The position numbers were made by a program, and so were the translations under genes. DNA of 64,000 bases, taken from assembly GCA_047967505.1 (NCBI GenBank), contig CM106538.1. One strand, given 5' to 3'. Shown piece after piece: positions 36,106-50,100 of the stretch (the stretch's first letter is position 1; each line of letters begins with the position of its first letter). The DNA comes from Dipteris shenzhenensis. Lineage: Eukaryota. Under the pieces are notes generated by a model, which ran no database searches, was not told the DNA's origin, and saw nothing but the letters and a program-made list of their open reading frames with translations.

Positions 36106-38013
36106 TCATGCCGCCTTTGTTTGGTGATCCTGCTGTAAGTCAAGACAGTTATGGGCAACAGCACGATGTGGGTGAATGGGCATCAATCCAGACAACCCGG
36201 GTCCATCTGAAATGGAGCTGGTTTTCTGTGACAGCTTCTTGTCGCCCTTCTTATCTGTTTTCCAGTTGCGTCCATAAGCACATCTCAATGCTTCAATGAG
36301 CATGGGTGTGTTGAGTGTCACCTCAGAGACTGCAAGGAGATCAAGGTCCTTATCGAGTTGTGATTTAGTTGGGTTTTTCTCAAGAATGTGACGGTCCTGA
36401 GGCAAGATACTATCTGCAATGCATTGGAGGAAAGCCTCAACACGACGTATTTCTGCACGTACTGCATTAGATGCTTCAACATATGGTCTCACGGTCTTGT
36501 TATATGACTCTACAGCTGCTACTTTTGCCTTATGCTCCAAAAGTGATGATTGTAGCTTTTCTGCATTTCTCATCTTCACTTCCTCAACCATCCTTTTGTG
36601 TAACTGCTTGGCTTCCTCAACTTGTTTTTCATAATCTCTCTCCACCTTAGCACATGCCTCTTTCCACTCCCTCTTCTTTCTCTTCACAAGCTCATCGTTT
36701 GCTTTCATCACTTCTGCTCTCTTCCTTTTCAGCCCTAGCCTCCTTTCAGCCAGATTAACGTTTTCTTCTTGCACATGAATTTGCTCTGCTTCGAAATCTG
36801 CCATCGCCTTCTCAACCGCCTCCCTGTTCTTCTTATCGATCTCTTCGCATGCTTCTTTCCACATCTTCCTTGCTTTTGCCTCATTCTCTGCGTTCATCGC
36901 ATTGTATGCTTTGATTATCTCTTCGTGTTGGGAGATTGTTTTTGTTACATCCAAATTGTGGGCGGCTATAGCTTCCTCTCTTCTCCTTTTGATGTCTTCC
37001 AATCTTTGTGCTAAGGCAATTTTCTTCCTTGCATTCTCCATTCTCACTTCTTCACAATGCTTTGCAAATGAGTTTTGTGCCTCCTGGATTGCTTTTGCAT
37101 TTTGAAGTTTTACCGATTCTAGTTTTGCTTCGTATAACATCTGTGTTCTTGATAAGAGGGCCGCATTGGATTCTTGAATAGCTGCGATTGCTCCTTCATA
37201 CTCCTCCCGAGAAGTTCTATTTATTGCAGCAACATTCTCATCAATTTCCTTCTGCCTCCTGGCCACATCGTCAAGTGCGTCTTTTTGCCTTTTCTTTATT
37301 CTATCTACCTCACACATGTGTTGCTCTTTGGACTTTTCCATGACGGAGGTGTGCCGTTCTTCCACCTCTTTCAAATCTCTGGCAAACCTCAGTCTGGCCT
37401 CTTTTTGGGTTTCCTCATTTCGCTGCTTAATCTCAGCTACCATGGTTCTCCAGTTCAGAAGCTCCTCAATCATACGCTGATTTTTTCGTCTGACGTTCTC
37501 AATTTCTTCTTGCCGTCGTGTCTTGGCTGTCTGTAGGTTGACATTGTTCCTTTCTCGTATATCTGCAATCGCTTTCTCATAAGCGTCTCTGGCTTGCAAT
37601 GCAGCTTGGGCGTTCTCATGACGGATATCTTGAACTTGTATTTGGTGTAGATTTTCTTGCTCCTTAACTGTTCGTTCATAGGCTTGCACTCGTCGTGCAA
37701 GTCGTGCTGGTCCGTATTGATCTTCCACTCTCTTGATGATGTCCTTGATATCTTCTTTCTTGCCCAACTCGGCATTCTTTCGTTGGTCCGCTTCCACCAT
37801 TGCTTGTGCCCATTGCATGTCTTGAAATTCGTCCCCTGTGCTGTCGGGTGTCTTCCGATCGTATTTGAAGTCAAATTCCATGAACTGTCCGCCTGTGACC
37901 GCTGACAGTCGTTTCAAGAACCTACATTTAGGCTTGTTAGTGCGTAAGCCCACTGTGTAGATTGGAGTTGAATATCCCCTCATGTGGGCTTGCTTTCTTA
38001 AGGACTCTAATAT
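36106..38013 (-). CDS. Terminal exon of VWA-domain / long coiled-coil protein gene
   Basis: Acceptor TAAATCCAG| at 38014; 635 open codons ILESLRKQAHMRGYSTPIYTVGL...FLKRLSAVTGGQF (VWA C-terminal strand/helix), then a ~500-aa helical repeat; TGA 36106-36108. Confidence 0.9.
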   Translation of the reverse strand: MLESLRKQAHMRGYSTPIYTVGLRTNKPKCRFLKRLSAVTGGQFMEFDFKYDRKTPDSTGDEFQDMQWAQAMVEADQRKNAELGKKEDIKDIIKRVEDQYGPARLARRVQAYERTVKEQENLHQIQVQDIRHENAQAALQARDAYEKAIADIRERNNVNLQTAKTRRQEEIENVRRKNQRMIEELLNWRTMVAEIKQRNEETQKEARLRFARDLKEVEERHTSVMEKSKEQHMCEVDRIKKRQKDALDDVARRQKEIDENVAAINRTSREEYEGAIAAIQESNAALLSRTQMLYEAKLESVKLQNAKAIQEAQNSFAKHCEEVRMENARKKIALAQRLEDIKRRREEAIAAHNLDVTKTISQHEEIIKAYNAMNAENEAKARKMWKEACEEIDKKNREAVEKAMADFEAEQIHVQEENVNLAERRLGLKRKRAEVMKANDELVKRKKREWKEACAKVERDYEKQVEEAKQLHKRMVEEVKMRNAEKLQSSLLEHKAKVAAVESYNKTVRPYVEASNAVRAEIRRVEAFLQCIADSILPQDRHILEKNPTKSQLDKDLDLLAVSEVTLNTPMLIEALRCAYGRNWKTDKKGDKKLSQKTSSISDGPGLSGLMPIHPHRAVAHNCLDLQQDHQTKAA

Positions 38014-39556
38014 CTGGATTTAGAACCAAAAGAGAGGTTAATATAAGCAATACAAAATCACATCATTTTGGTGCATATAGCTACAGAATGTGTTTGCTCT
38101 AATAGAAAACTAGAGTATGGCTCCTTGTATATAGATCCAACTATGATAACAATACATAAAGAGGAAATCTTCCTTGAAAGTTCTCAATCACATTTTTTTT
38201 CCATAGAACAAAAATCTAGAGGTGAGAATTATTCATTGAACATCTGCCCATAACACAAATATTTTTGTTTTAATCTCCTTTTGTTTCTTATATTTTTAAA
38301 GGAAAATCTAGATTTATAGATATACATATTTCTTTGTGGTTGAGCTCCATGCACTTTGATGATTGTAATAGCCATCTTCATTTAGTTTAAAGATTTCTTT
38401 GTACTTGTATGGGGGCTCAAGATGTTCAAGTAATGTTCATATACATAGGGTTAGTTTAATTGGGCTTTGGACCCATGTCTCACTCCTTACATGGAGACTA
38501 GCATGATAAATGAGGATGAAATTCATGGATTAAGATTTGGACATGTGAGCCATGTCTTAGTGCTCTTTGGTTATGCGGCTAACTAAAGGGGCATGCTTTT
38601 TGTCCAAGGACTTTTGTACTCTACTTCGTTCAGCATAGTCCATGTTGGAAGAGTTTCATGCTTTTTTTATCACAACTTTCATGAGTAAACATAGGAATGG
38701 GAGAGAGTGAGAAGAGGTCCTAAGAGGGAGTAGGGGTGGGTTGGCTGGTGAGAGTGATTTGCAAGTGCAAGAAAAGGGAAGAAGATGGTAGGCCTCCACG
38801 TCGCTAATGATAAAGCTAAGGAGTGATTGGGTGAAAGGGGTTTCGGTATGGAGCCCACACTAGGGGGTTGGTGGTAGCAATAGCAAAGTGTGTGGGAAGA
38901 GTGAAAATTGGGCAAAGAGATGGTGGCTTGGAGGGGTAAACAAATCTTAGGCACAATTTACTTGCAGTCCTCATGAATTTGTTTTGCTCAATCTAGTGTT
39001 CCTCATCACTGTGTCAAAGGCAACTAAGGAAGCAGATGAGTTTGGAAGAGGAATCATCTTAGCAAGAGCATTTTGAGAAGACTTAGGGCTAAGACCATGG
39101 TGAGAGGGGGAAGGAAACAAAGGATGGAGGGGCGAGGGCTCGGTGAGGAAAATAGAGTGGATAGGAGGAGATGTGGGGATAGGGTAGGGGTGATAGGAGT
39201 GTCTAATGGGGGAAGGGGGAGGCGAATAGGGGGCTACCTCAATCATGATATTGGAACTTCTTACACTTTGTCTAACAAAAAAAATCAAATTTAATGAATA
39301 ATGAAGAAAAAGTTGAGCATCATGTAAAGCCTTGGCAGTACCTTGTTAGTGTAAGGAATACCACCAAGCACTACCAATGTCCATAAAACATTGGTCGAGT
39401 GGTGGCCAAGTGGGTGTGGACAAGAAAATACTATTGCTTGAGACCTTGAACCATCATCCATCCCTACATACCATGTACTTTCCTCTTCCCATCTAGTGGA
39501 TCTTGATTTTTCCCTACTATCTCTACTTTGTGCTTGCTCACTCCTTTTATGAAAAG

Positions 39557-42500
39557 AAGAGAGAGAGAGAGAGATGCTTTAACGTCTTCGGGAGGCCTCA
39601 CAGGCCTATGAGACAAAGTACAATCACATGGTGACTCATACAAGCCGCTATGGGCTGAACCAAAGGGTTCGCTAAGACCCCTGTTGAGTGCTAAGAAAAA
39701 CTAAAAAAGAATTCATAACTCAAAAACAATGCACAAATACTCAAAATACTCAAAAGGCATATCTTGTTGCCATGGTGGCTCTCTTGGGAGATGCAAGGAT
39801 ATCTCTTGAGCTACATCTGTCATGTTGTCTCATGCAATGGCCGGGGATGGCGTGGTTTTCAAGAATTCTGTATCTGATGAGCGAGGTCAACAATGACCCC
39901 TTGACTCTAGCACTCACCTTGGGGAAAGGCTGTGATAGGATGGACCTCCATGGTGCATGGTCTAGCCACTCTCTACTCTTCCCCACTCCATGTCATCTCC
40001 TCCCACTAGCCCATTACCCTCATATCATCAATCTCCTCCTCCTCCACTAGCCACTCCCTACTCTTCCCAGCTCCATGTCGTCTCCTCCCACTAGCCCATT
40101 CTACCCTCATATCATCAATCTCCTCCTCCTCCACTCTGCTATATCCTAGGGCTGACTCAAAGGCATAGAAATCTATGACATGTCTATGGGCTGCATCTAT
40201 ATCTAGCTCGAGTAGGACTGTTAGTGTAGGTTGTCTGATGTGTCTCAAAAGGGTATCTCCATGTCATCACATCTCCATCAGATGAAGACCGACACACACC
40301 TGATCCTGGAAGTGGATCAAGTAAGAGAGTGGTCCAAAGCTGACTCCTTCATGGTAGAGGTAGTGGTACCGCCCTCGAATCTCATAGTATGCTGGACATA
40401 TGCATAGAGAATGCTCGTCCATCTCCCCCTCCCCTAGTATGAAAAGTCTGCATATCCATTGCTCCCTAGGTAGGCCAGTAGCTCTACGTGCTTCTATCCC
40501 CAGCTGATGGGATGAGACTCTCATCTTCCTGATGGAAATCCTCAACAAATGTGAGATGTGTTTGTCCTCTGGGTATAACGGTTTGATGACCAATTTGTCC
40601 TTTGTGATCCTAAGGAAGTGGTCGCGAGATAGAATTGGATCTTGGTGAGGAACTCATGGTCCCCTTCCCGAGTCCATGTCATGTAGAGCCATAATAGATC
40701 CAACCATATGGTATGATTGATCTCATCTCGTGGGATCAGGAAGGACAAGCATCCACGCTATACCCCTTCCCAAGTCCATGTCATGTAGAGCTATAATAGA
40801 TCCAACCATAATCTCATCTGGTGGGATTAGGAAGGACAAGCATCCATGCTATACTGGAAGGGTGGGAGTTGACTCATCTGGATCTCCTAGCTATCAAACC
40901 ATCTGGAGACACATGCATACCAAGATGTCATGACCCCACTATCTATAAGCTATCACAATGACTGTAGTGCTAGTCTCGGCACTCTTCAGCTAGGCAGGGC
41001 CTAAACCCTATGGGTATATGCCATTGTCTAAAGATAGCATCAATATGAAGAGGTGTCATGAGAAACTCTACCTATATAGTATGATGGGGGATCGAGGGCT
41101 TACTTCTGATCATCCAGGAACTAATAATCTCTTGAAGTCTCTCAAACCTCTTCCAGTCTGCCACCATCGAGAGGTCAAACCCCCAGAAGGGTGATGCATA
41201 CACGGTTGTCGGTCTCACAAGTGTATCCAAAAGCCATTCCTTTGTATGAGGGTCTTCAAAGTGTGTCTGAAAGCACTATCACTCTAGTCAAGCTAGAGCT
41301 CCCTAGCCGCATGTGAGTCGAGCTACTTTGGCTATGTGGACCATCTAGAAGAGAGATCCCAAGAAAATTGCCTCGAGATATGTGTAGGATTGCATAAGCT
41401 CACTCTATAGGCTCACCTCGGTAGGAGATATTGTGTCCATGAAGCACCACCCGTGAGGTGTTCAAAACCATAACTTTGGGCTTCCCAAGGTTGACTGTTA
41501 GGTCCCTCTCCCTATAAAACATCTCTAGGGCCTCAAGGTGCTTTTGTAGGCCTGCTATGGAGGAAGATATGAGGACTATGTCATCAGCATAGAGTAGTAT
41601 CTGTACCATCAATTCAGCAAGCAGTGATCCCTCACCTCCTAAGCTATCAATGAAGTTAGTGATCTCATTGATATAGAGCCCAAAAAGTGTCAGTGAGAGG
41701 GAGCATTCCTGCTTCACTCCAATCGTTCTCTCAACCCAACCTGATAAATCTCATGGGGAACATACTCTACCTTTGGCTATCTCATATAAGCTCATCACCT
41801 CCCATATCATGTCTATAGGAATCTCCATCTCTTGAAGCCTCCTAATCATGTGAGCTCATGGGACAATGTTAAAGGCCTTCCAAAAGTCAACGAAACAAGT
41901 GTAGACTTTCAGGGATCTCAATCTTGCCTCCTCAATGATGGCCCATAGAGTGAAGAATTGATCTAGAGTAGAGTGTTGTCTCCTGAACCTGGCCTGCCTT
42001 AAAGCTTGTTGCCCATGTATCTCTGTGAAGTTGCTGATCTGTCTCTCCAACACTGAACCATAGAACTTTGCCAATGTGTGGCCAATCATGAGCATGCGGT
42101 AATTCCCAGTATCCATGGAATCTCTTGACTTGTGTATCTAGATGATGCTGGTACACTCCAAGCAAGGGGGAACCCGTGACAGACAGCCTGGTTGAACAGT
42201 TGCACAGCCAGGAACATCCCATGTGCCAAGTGCTTAGTCCATAGCCCCTCATGATCCTGTGCTCGTTAGTAGTTATGAAGTCAACGTAGTGTCACCTATG
42301 TATTATAGGTAGTGTATAGCCTACAAGTGGTGGGTCTATGGATGGAAGACATATCAGGTGGGAACTGAGCCAGGGCATCATACAATGTTGTCATGTATAT
42401 GTGCCATATACCTAGATCTGTGATGGGAATCAATGGCTTCCCCTCAGCATGTCTCTTGCATCGTGTTAGATGCCTTGAAATCCGTTGTGCCTCCAATCTC

Positions 42501-43060
42501 ATCAATTGCCCCGAAGTCTGCTCTTGCATGAGGTGGGATCTTAGCTCTCGGCACTCCTCATTAAACCATGGGTTTTGTGGCATTTTCTCGTGTGTGTGTG
42601 TGGGGGGGGGCGTGTTGTAGAGTAGGTCATGGGTAAAGAATACTTTGATGGCTGCATCTTAGACCAATAAAACAAGTGTCTCTGAAGAGTGAGTGAGGTC
42701 TGAATCATCTCCAAAAGGAGTTGTTAGCCCCTGAGATAGGTGGCTCATGTATACCACATCAAGTGTCTGATCAAAGCGTACTCAAAGCCGGGTGGGGCCA
42801 GGGGGATCAATGGCATATATTTGGTAATGCAGTGGAGATATTGAAGGAAAATATTGAGTGGTTAGTGCCAAGTGGGAGGGGGAAAACCATGAAGTCCCAT
42901 ACCCAGGTCACAAAAGCTAGGGAGCCCATCAAGTAGTCCACTGTGCTACTGCCCCCTCCATGTGGGAAGCAAGAGAGCCCTCTAGATGACGGCCATCTAT
43001 GGAGGCCAATATATATAAACAGGTCGTGTATAGCTCCCATCTCGAGGTACAAAAATGGCA
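39557..43060 (-). mobile_element. Degraded RTEX/RTE-like non-LTR retrotransposon with (TC)n tail
   Basis: EN remnant SSTVDYL; NYRMLMIG..QARFRRQHSTLDQ..CFVDFWKAF; KQECSLS; LLYADDIVL; C-terminal RVSSHQLGIE..WICRL..DEH..CPAY. The 3' end runs into TCTCTC (39557-39574). Internal tandem duplications at ~39962-40134 and ~40670-40853. Confidence 0.75.
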
Positions 43061-44536
43061 CAATTCATTGTGGATTCTAGGATAAGAGAATACAACTTGT
43101 CACCTAGGCACATGATATTCTTTTTGTCCACATATTATTTTAAGTAAAATGTAAGCACTAACCTGAGATCAAGAAGCAAGCACTCTCCTTCTTGCATCCA
43201 AATTCTTGTTTCTCCCTCCGTCTCTCCAAGGTCCCTCCCATCTATGTCTCTCCTTTTCTTCCACATGCTTCCAAGTTCCCTTCCACGTTTGCAAAGAGGG
43301 CTACATGCTCTGTTGTGGGTTTTGCTTAGTATATCGCCTATGTGGGTTTTAGTGCTTAGTCTAGTCCAAATGTGGGTGCTTCTCATGGCTCCTCGTCCAT
43401 GATAGTGTCCAATCTTTGTCCCTCTTTGTTTGCAAAGATGGATATGGGATGGTTATCATTCTTGGCTCCTAGCTAGCCCCATACTAGGTGGCTCTCGTGC
43501 TCCTTGTCAATGGTAATGGACCTCTAATGGACAAGCTTCTCTCATGAAGTTGGTCTCCTCATTCCAAGCGCTGACTTCAAATCTACTCCTAGCCTCCAAT
43601 ACTAACCTTCAAACACACTTTCTTGGTCTGTAGCAATATTGCATATAGTCGTTAAGGCTCACAAGTCCAACAAACAACTTTGCTAATTCAAGGAGTCTTC
43701 ATAGGAGCTTCATAATTTTTTTGGTTGGAATAAAATGAGCTATATCGGTCAAATATATTCACAATACCTAGATAGTCATGGTCCCTTTGAATCCTAGGTA
43801 AGACAATAATAAAATTTATGAAGATGGTTTCCCATTTGCTATATGGGATGTCTGAGTGGGTGGTGTTAATTAAAACACTCTAAATTATTCAAACAACATT
43901 TTTGGCAATTAACAACATAAATTGGACTTTCTTATTCATCTACTTGGGTGGAAGAATTCCCTCTTTAAAATAGCATAAGTCTTCTAAATACCTGGTTGTC
44001 TTGCAATTAAACTATCATGACACTCGTTAAGTACGTGATGCTTATTCTTTTATCATCAAACACACACTCTAATAGAATACATAACCATCTTCAATGGTAT
44101 AAAAATTTCCACTAATGTCCTCCATTGACACAACTTTCAATGGCGACTATAGTTACCAACATTTGGCATTGTACCACTAACATTGACGTCTATTGGTGTC
44201 TCAATTGTGGATTATACCTACTTTGATTGCTACACCCATGGAATTATTTTATAACTGTCTTCCAAATATCATAGCAACAGAGGGGATACACATATCTACC
44301 CTTCAAAAAATCATTGTGAAGTTTAGTAAAACTGGTTTCATTTACTACATGCAAGTGGCCAAGGACATCAATGGACATGTTATATTGTCCTTCTAATGCC
44401 TTGATTGAAATCAAACTCTTGCATTGAATTGGTCCATCTGAGATCTTTCAGTTTGATTTAGGTTAGCGACATAAACATTTGATCATCTTTGGATTTGTAA
44501 GGATTTCAACTTTCCTTGAAAGCATGGATTACAACT

Positions 44537-47100
44537 TCTTCTTTTTTTTTTGGTGAAAATATATTTATTAACAAAGAAAGAACATTACAAAGAAGGTCAG
44601 CAACCTCCCTATAAGGGTAGGTGAAAAAAGAACTTTAGTTACAAAGGGCGGCAAAAGGCCGCAGCGTCTCATTCTTCCTAGTGAAAAACTTGACAGTTCT
44701 AGCAAGATCTTCAAGAGTCCTCTCAAAAAGAGCAAGATTAGAAGACCTCTTCCTAAAGATGATCTCATTTTGAAGCTTCCAAATATTGGAGATCACTACT
44801 GCTCTAACTACCTACCAAACCACATAACTAACGTCATTCAAACTCCCTCTATCTCCACGTAAAGAGATCTTCCAGGACGGTTGTATGAAAATGGCATGCT
44901 TCTTAAACCGGTTAATAGTTTTCCACCACGATGCTCGAGTCTCTGAGCAATCCCAGAAAAGAAGCATGTGAGTTTCGACCTTAATTGTGCAAAGTGGACA
45001 AAGAGGAGAGACCTCAGGGTTCCAAGTGGCAATCATGTCACGTACGGGGAACTTGTATGCGATAAGCTTCCAAAGAAGTAAATTAAATTTATTGGATTGG
45101 GTTGCAGGCCATCCATTGAGCGCGAAATCCAGCTAGCACCTATAGATGTGGGGGCTACTTTAGGTCCTTCAACGAGCTTTTGTGTAGAGGCTTTCCAAAT
45201 GGGACATTGAATCCTCCATAATCCTCGTGACTTTTTGTGTGCCACTAGTCGACCACAATCACGCTCTTAGAGAAAAGAGTTATTTGATTCTGGGTAGTGG
45301 GGTCCCAAATGTCTGGAAGAGTCTTAGACCTTTCCTATCAAGTTTTTTAATAATTGATTTAAGACTCTGAAAAGAGACGCTGCAACAAAGCTGCCTCAAT
45401 AAAAGAATCTTCTCTTTGCTTGTGATGTGTTTCGTCAACACTTTGGCTATAGCTCTCCTTAGTTGTCTGAAATTTGCTCTCTAGCTTTTTTTTAACGAAC
45501 CGCTGCAAAGAAAAAGGAGGAAGGTTTATCACATTGTTCAAGCCATTTCAAGTCTAAGTGTAATTTGGCGACAGCTAGCTTCTGGTGTTCAATACATCGG
45601 ATAGCACTTTCTGTGTGCTTTAGAAGTGACGCCAATTTAGAGTCCTCTGGAGAGTTCTGAAGGGCTTTTAGCAAACAGATTCTTGCCCAAGTTGCATTGG
45701 CTTCGTCGATCCTCATTGACTTCGCCTTCCTTTTGCCAAACTCCTAAGCGATCTCAGTAGTTGTTTTCATGCAAGCCATCCATTTGCGGACCTGATTATG
45801 AAATTCGGTGGCTTTGTCCTTATAGGCTTTCCAAATAGTATCATCAAATGCTGATTTTCCTAGAAAGCTCGTATTGAGCTTAACAGGAAAAGGACCTTTG
45901 CTGCCGCTTTTGATTCGTGCTAGATCGAAACAAACCAGTAAAGGGAGGTGATCTGAAGCAACAACATCAAAAATTACTTGTCCCTGAAGTCATCAATGAG
46001 ACATGTATTCAGTCGAGTCTTGCGGCTCTCCATGTTTCAGCCACGTGCCTGTTGTGCCACGTGAAGATCCTAAGTTTTCTCAGACCATCCATCTCGATCC
46101 AATCTACAAACTCCCCATTGTTGATGAAAGAGTCCCACGCAAGCTTTTATTGCAGGAGCGACATGTTCATACTCTGATGTGACCTATCTGTCGGTTCTGG
46201 GCACAAAGGCAGACCGCCTGCTTGCTTGCCATTACTTGCTCCAATCTCTTCCACAGGGGAGTTCTTTGTTGCAAGAGATTAGGCGCATAAACAGAGATAA
46301 TGACAAAGGAGGCGTTGCCGATCCGCACCTCTGATGATGAAAATTCACCTTTGGCATCCTTGAAGCTAGAAACTATCTGTACATCAAACCTGACTAGCAT
46401 CGCTGTGCCTCCCTTACCGAGATGGGGGCAGTTGCACATCACTTGGTAGCCATGTATATGCATGGACTCCACGTTATCCTCACCAGTCTTTAGTTCCTGT
46501 GAAGGGCCATCACCGCAGGCTTACATCTAGTAATCATTCTCTTTACTGCCACTTTCTTCCACTTGGAGCACGCGCCGCGCATATTAAGGCCACTTCGGGC
46601 CCTAGTCGTCATCAGCAGCTTGTCCCATGACCTCCACAGGGCATACACATTGATGAATGTAGACCCTGTACGCATTTTACCTCTTTGACTGCACGGAGAC
46701 ATTCCTTCCTACTTGGCGCCACCTCATCGAGTGAAGTCTGCATATCTGCCACCTCAACCTTCTTCCTGTGGCCTGTGTCAGTCCCTTGCCATCCTGCCTC
46801 GCTGTTACTGGCCACCACTGTGTTGAGCTTAGGCGGACTTTTGTCGTCTCTGCTTGTCGAACCGTGCTTGTCGAACTGCCTTCGTTGGACTTCTTGTATG
46901 TCGCTGAAGTTCGCCTCGTCGACTTAGGTGATTCGGTTGCATTATTAGCTTTCCTCGCCATGTCCATAGCATCTTTCCCTGTAGGATGTTCCTTTGGAGT
47001 GTCCACGTCCGTCGTCGGAGGCGAGATCCTAGCCGTAGGATCAAAATTTCTCCATCATGGGAATAAGTGGCGCACGATTCGACCGGCTTTATTACGAACA
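44537..47100 (-). mobile_element. L1-clade LINE with internal deletion of RT
   Basis: ORF1 C-terminal remnant 46620-47100; EN LNMRG..QELK, SVYAPN, RLD, SDHLP; linker WLEQCDKPSSFFF; then a jump at ~45360 to the post-RT region and zf-RVT (CPLCTIKVETHMLLFWDC). T-run 44542-44551. Confidence 0.8.
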
Positions 47101-47104
47101 ATCA

Positions 47105-50100
47105 GTAAAATTTTATTGAAAGAGGTATTCTCATAAATTCCATAAAACAGTTTCTTACATGCGGCTCAGTCCAATTCTTCCATATGGCTCAAACAAAAGA
47201 CATCTCACTCAAAACACTTTGGAGGCGTACCCTAGCGCTCTCCTCAGGCCAGCTGGCTACAAGCCATTTCACTTGGACACCTATGTCAACTACTGCTTGT
47301 ATGTCAACTACTCCTTGTTTACAAGGAAGAGAGAAGATAGCCGAACTGTTAATGGATGCCTCATAGCGAGCGGACCAGACTCTGTGGAGTGTGGCATATC
47401 TGATCACCTCCCACAGCGTAGCTCTATCTGGACCAAGATCCGCGCCAAAGACAGCTGCTCCTTTAGAAATAAATTGCATGCCCAAGGTTGAGGCACACTA
47501 CCCTCTCAGGATTCCCCACAGGTTCTGGACCCAGGGGCATCCCCAGAAAAGGTAAGTGTTTCTACTGAACATTTGCACAGCTTGCATCTATCATCCACGT
47601 GGAGCCACCGGACATGACTGCCAATGGGGAAGTACCCTCCACATATTCTCCACAGGAAGTAGTTAATCTTGTTATCGGGAGTTGATTTCCACAGCCTCGC
47701 AAATCTGCTACTCCACGTGGCCTCAGAATCTTTTCTAAGCCACCGGTCATTAAATTTTAGATGCCATCCCTCCTTGTATGCAAGGAGCTTGTCTAACATC
47801 TTAGGTGACAGTTTAGTCAGGGGGATATCGGAGCCCCACACCCACTCCTCTGTAACAGAGTGTTCCGACGGGTGGAGATTGGTGGGCCAATCTGGGGGAA
47901 TCCTGAGCAAAATGCCCATGATGATACCCATTTCTTCCTGGGACAGGAGCAAAATCTGCTTCAATCTGGTAAGGGGACAGCCAGCTGCTTGTCTGTGCAT
48001 CCCAACGGTCTTCCCAAGAGTGTAATCCTTTGGCAGCGATCTATCCTGCCATCCTCTCCTTGCCTAATGCGAATTTGCCACCACCAGGCCAGGCCGCTTG
48101 CCACCAAATGGATAGCTTCAGGGAGAAGTCCTCTAGACCTGCAGGGAGCCCTCTCCAAGAGAGTAATACTAGCCCTTCCTTCCAAGCTGCCATAAGTCTG
48201 TTGAAGAAACTCCCTTTTAGACATAGGGGGGCGATCGAGAAGACTTTAGTCCACATATCCAGAGTGCTGAAGTGAGTCACCTTAGCATTGCGAACAGCAA
48301 ATTCAAGAAATTCAGTCCAGGGTTCCCTGTAGTCCAAGAATTGAACCCACAGTTTCATCAGGAATGAGACTGCTCTTCACTTCAGGTCAGGGACTCCGAA
48401 GCCACCCAATTTTTTTGGCGTGCACAGGATTGACCAGGAAATCCCTTTCCATTTGGTTCTCTTCCATATGAAGGCCCTCAGGCTCTTTTCGATCAGAAGG
48501 ATATGGCTTTTATAGAATGCACAAATAGAGAGAATGTAGAACGAAGCCGGTGCCAGTATATGTTTGACCACCGTGCATCTGCCCAATAGACTTAGCGGAA
48601 CCTTTGCCCATGCGTCAATTTTGGCCTTAAACTTGGGCCACCACCACAAGAAACGTTGTCTGACTGAGATTCCAGCTCCTATAGGGATTCCCAGATGCTG
48701 AATGACCTGCCCCTTAGGAACCCATTTCAACCCTGTAGCTTTCATCCACTCAGTTGGGTCTCTTCTTGAGACAAACAGAGCTTGGGATTTGTCCCATTGG
48801 ATTCTCGAGCCTGAGGCAATACAATGAATTTCAAACAACCCGAGGACTAGCTTCAGTTGCTCTGGATCAGCCTTGCAGATCGAGTTGGAGTTGTCGGCAA
48901 ATAGCTGAGCGAAAAAAGGTGTTGGAACCAGGAAGTCTCATGGGATCCAGGGAACCCCTTGTAATTAGCTTGTAATTAGCTTGCAGAACATAGCGGGCAG
49001 AGGTTCTATAATCAGGGCAAACACCAACGGTGCCAAGGGACATCCCTGCCTGATAGATCTCCTAAGGTCAAAAGACCCTACCTCAGCTCCATTGATGCAG
49101 ATGGTAGCTGTGGCATTAGCTAAAAGTGCCTTTATCCCATTGTTTGCATGACTGCCAGGATGTAGCCCCATTCCACCTGGTCATAAGCTTTATCGAAATC
49201 AATGTTGAGCTGGATAATCTCTTCCTTTTGCGACCAGGCGTGCTCCAGAGCAGCAATGACATTCAGAACATTATCATGGATGTGCCTACCCTTGACAAAT
49301 CCATATTGTTGGTTAGAGACCACTTCGGGTATCAGGTGTGTGATTCTTGTGGCGATATGATTTTGTAGGAGATGTTTAATACTGACAGAGGCCTCCAGTC
49401 ACCGAATCTTTCAGCAGGAAATCTCAGGAAATCTCTTGGGAATGAGTCTAATAAGTCCTTTATTGACTTTTGGAGAGGAGGATTCCCTAACCCAACTCTC
49501 GTTGGCCTTTCTCACAAAGTCGCCTTTGAGAGTACCCCATAACGCCTGGTAAAATTCGACTGTTAGTCCATCAGGGCCTGGGGATTTGTTTCTCTTCATA
49601 TGAAGAATCAGTGCGTCCGCTTCCTCGAGAGTGAAGGGCTCACACAACTTAGCTAAATCTCTCACCTCTATTCTTTTGTCCACGCAATCCAGAAGGAGCT
49701 GCCGGGCCTCTGTCTTAGCTTCTGATTGCACTTCCCTGGCTCCGAGGATTGCCTCTAGAGATGAGGTAAAGTGCTAGCTGATACTGTCCTGTTCAGTGAT
49801 CCAATTGTCTAGAGAGTCGCAGATTCTACAAATATTGTCCCGAGTCTTATCTGTCCTTTTTGTCTTGAAGAAGGTGGAAGGTGCATCTCCTTGTGCCATC
49901 CATCTGGCAGACGACCTCACTCTGGCACCCTCTGCTTTGTGGAATTCGAATTGTCTAAGCACAGCTTCACACTGCTGCATCTCCCTAATGTCCTGTTCCT
50001 CCAAAGCATCTTTCTCCCTCAGACTTTTGAGTTTCTCTCTTGAGCTGAAGTCCAGATTCCGCTTACGAGCCGCCTGCAGCTTACCCAGACTCCGCGCTAC

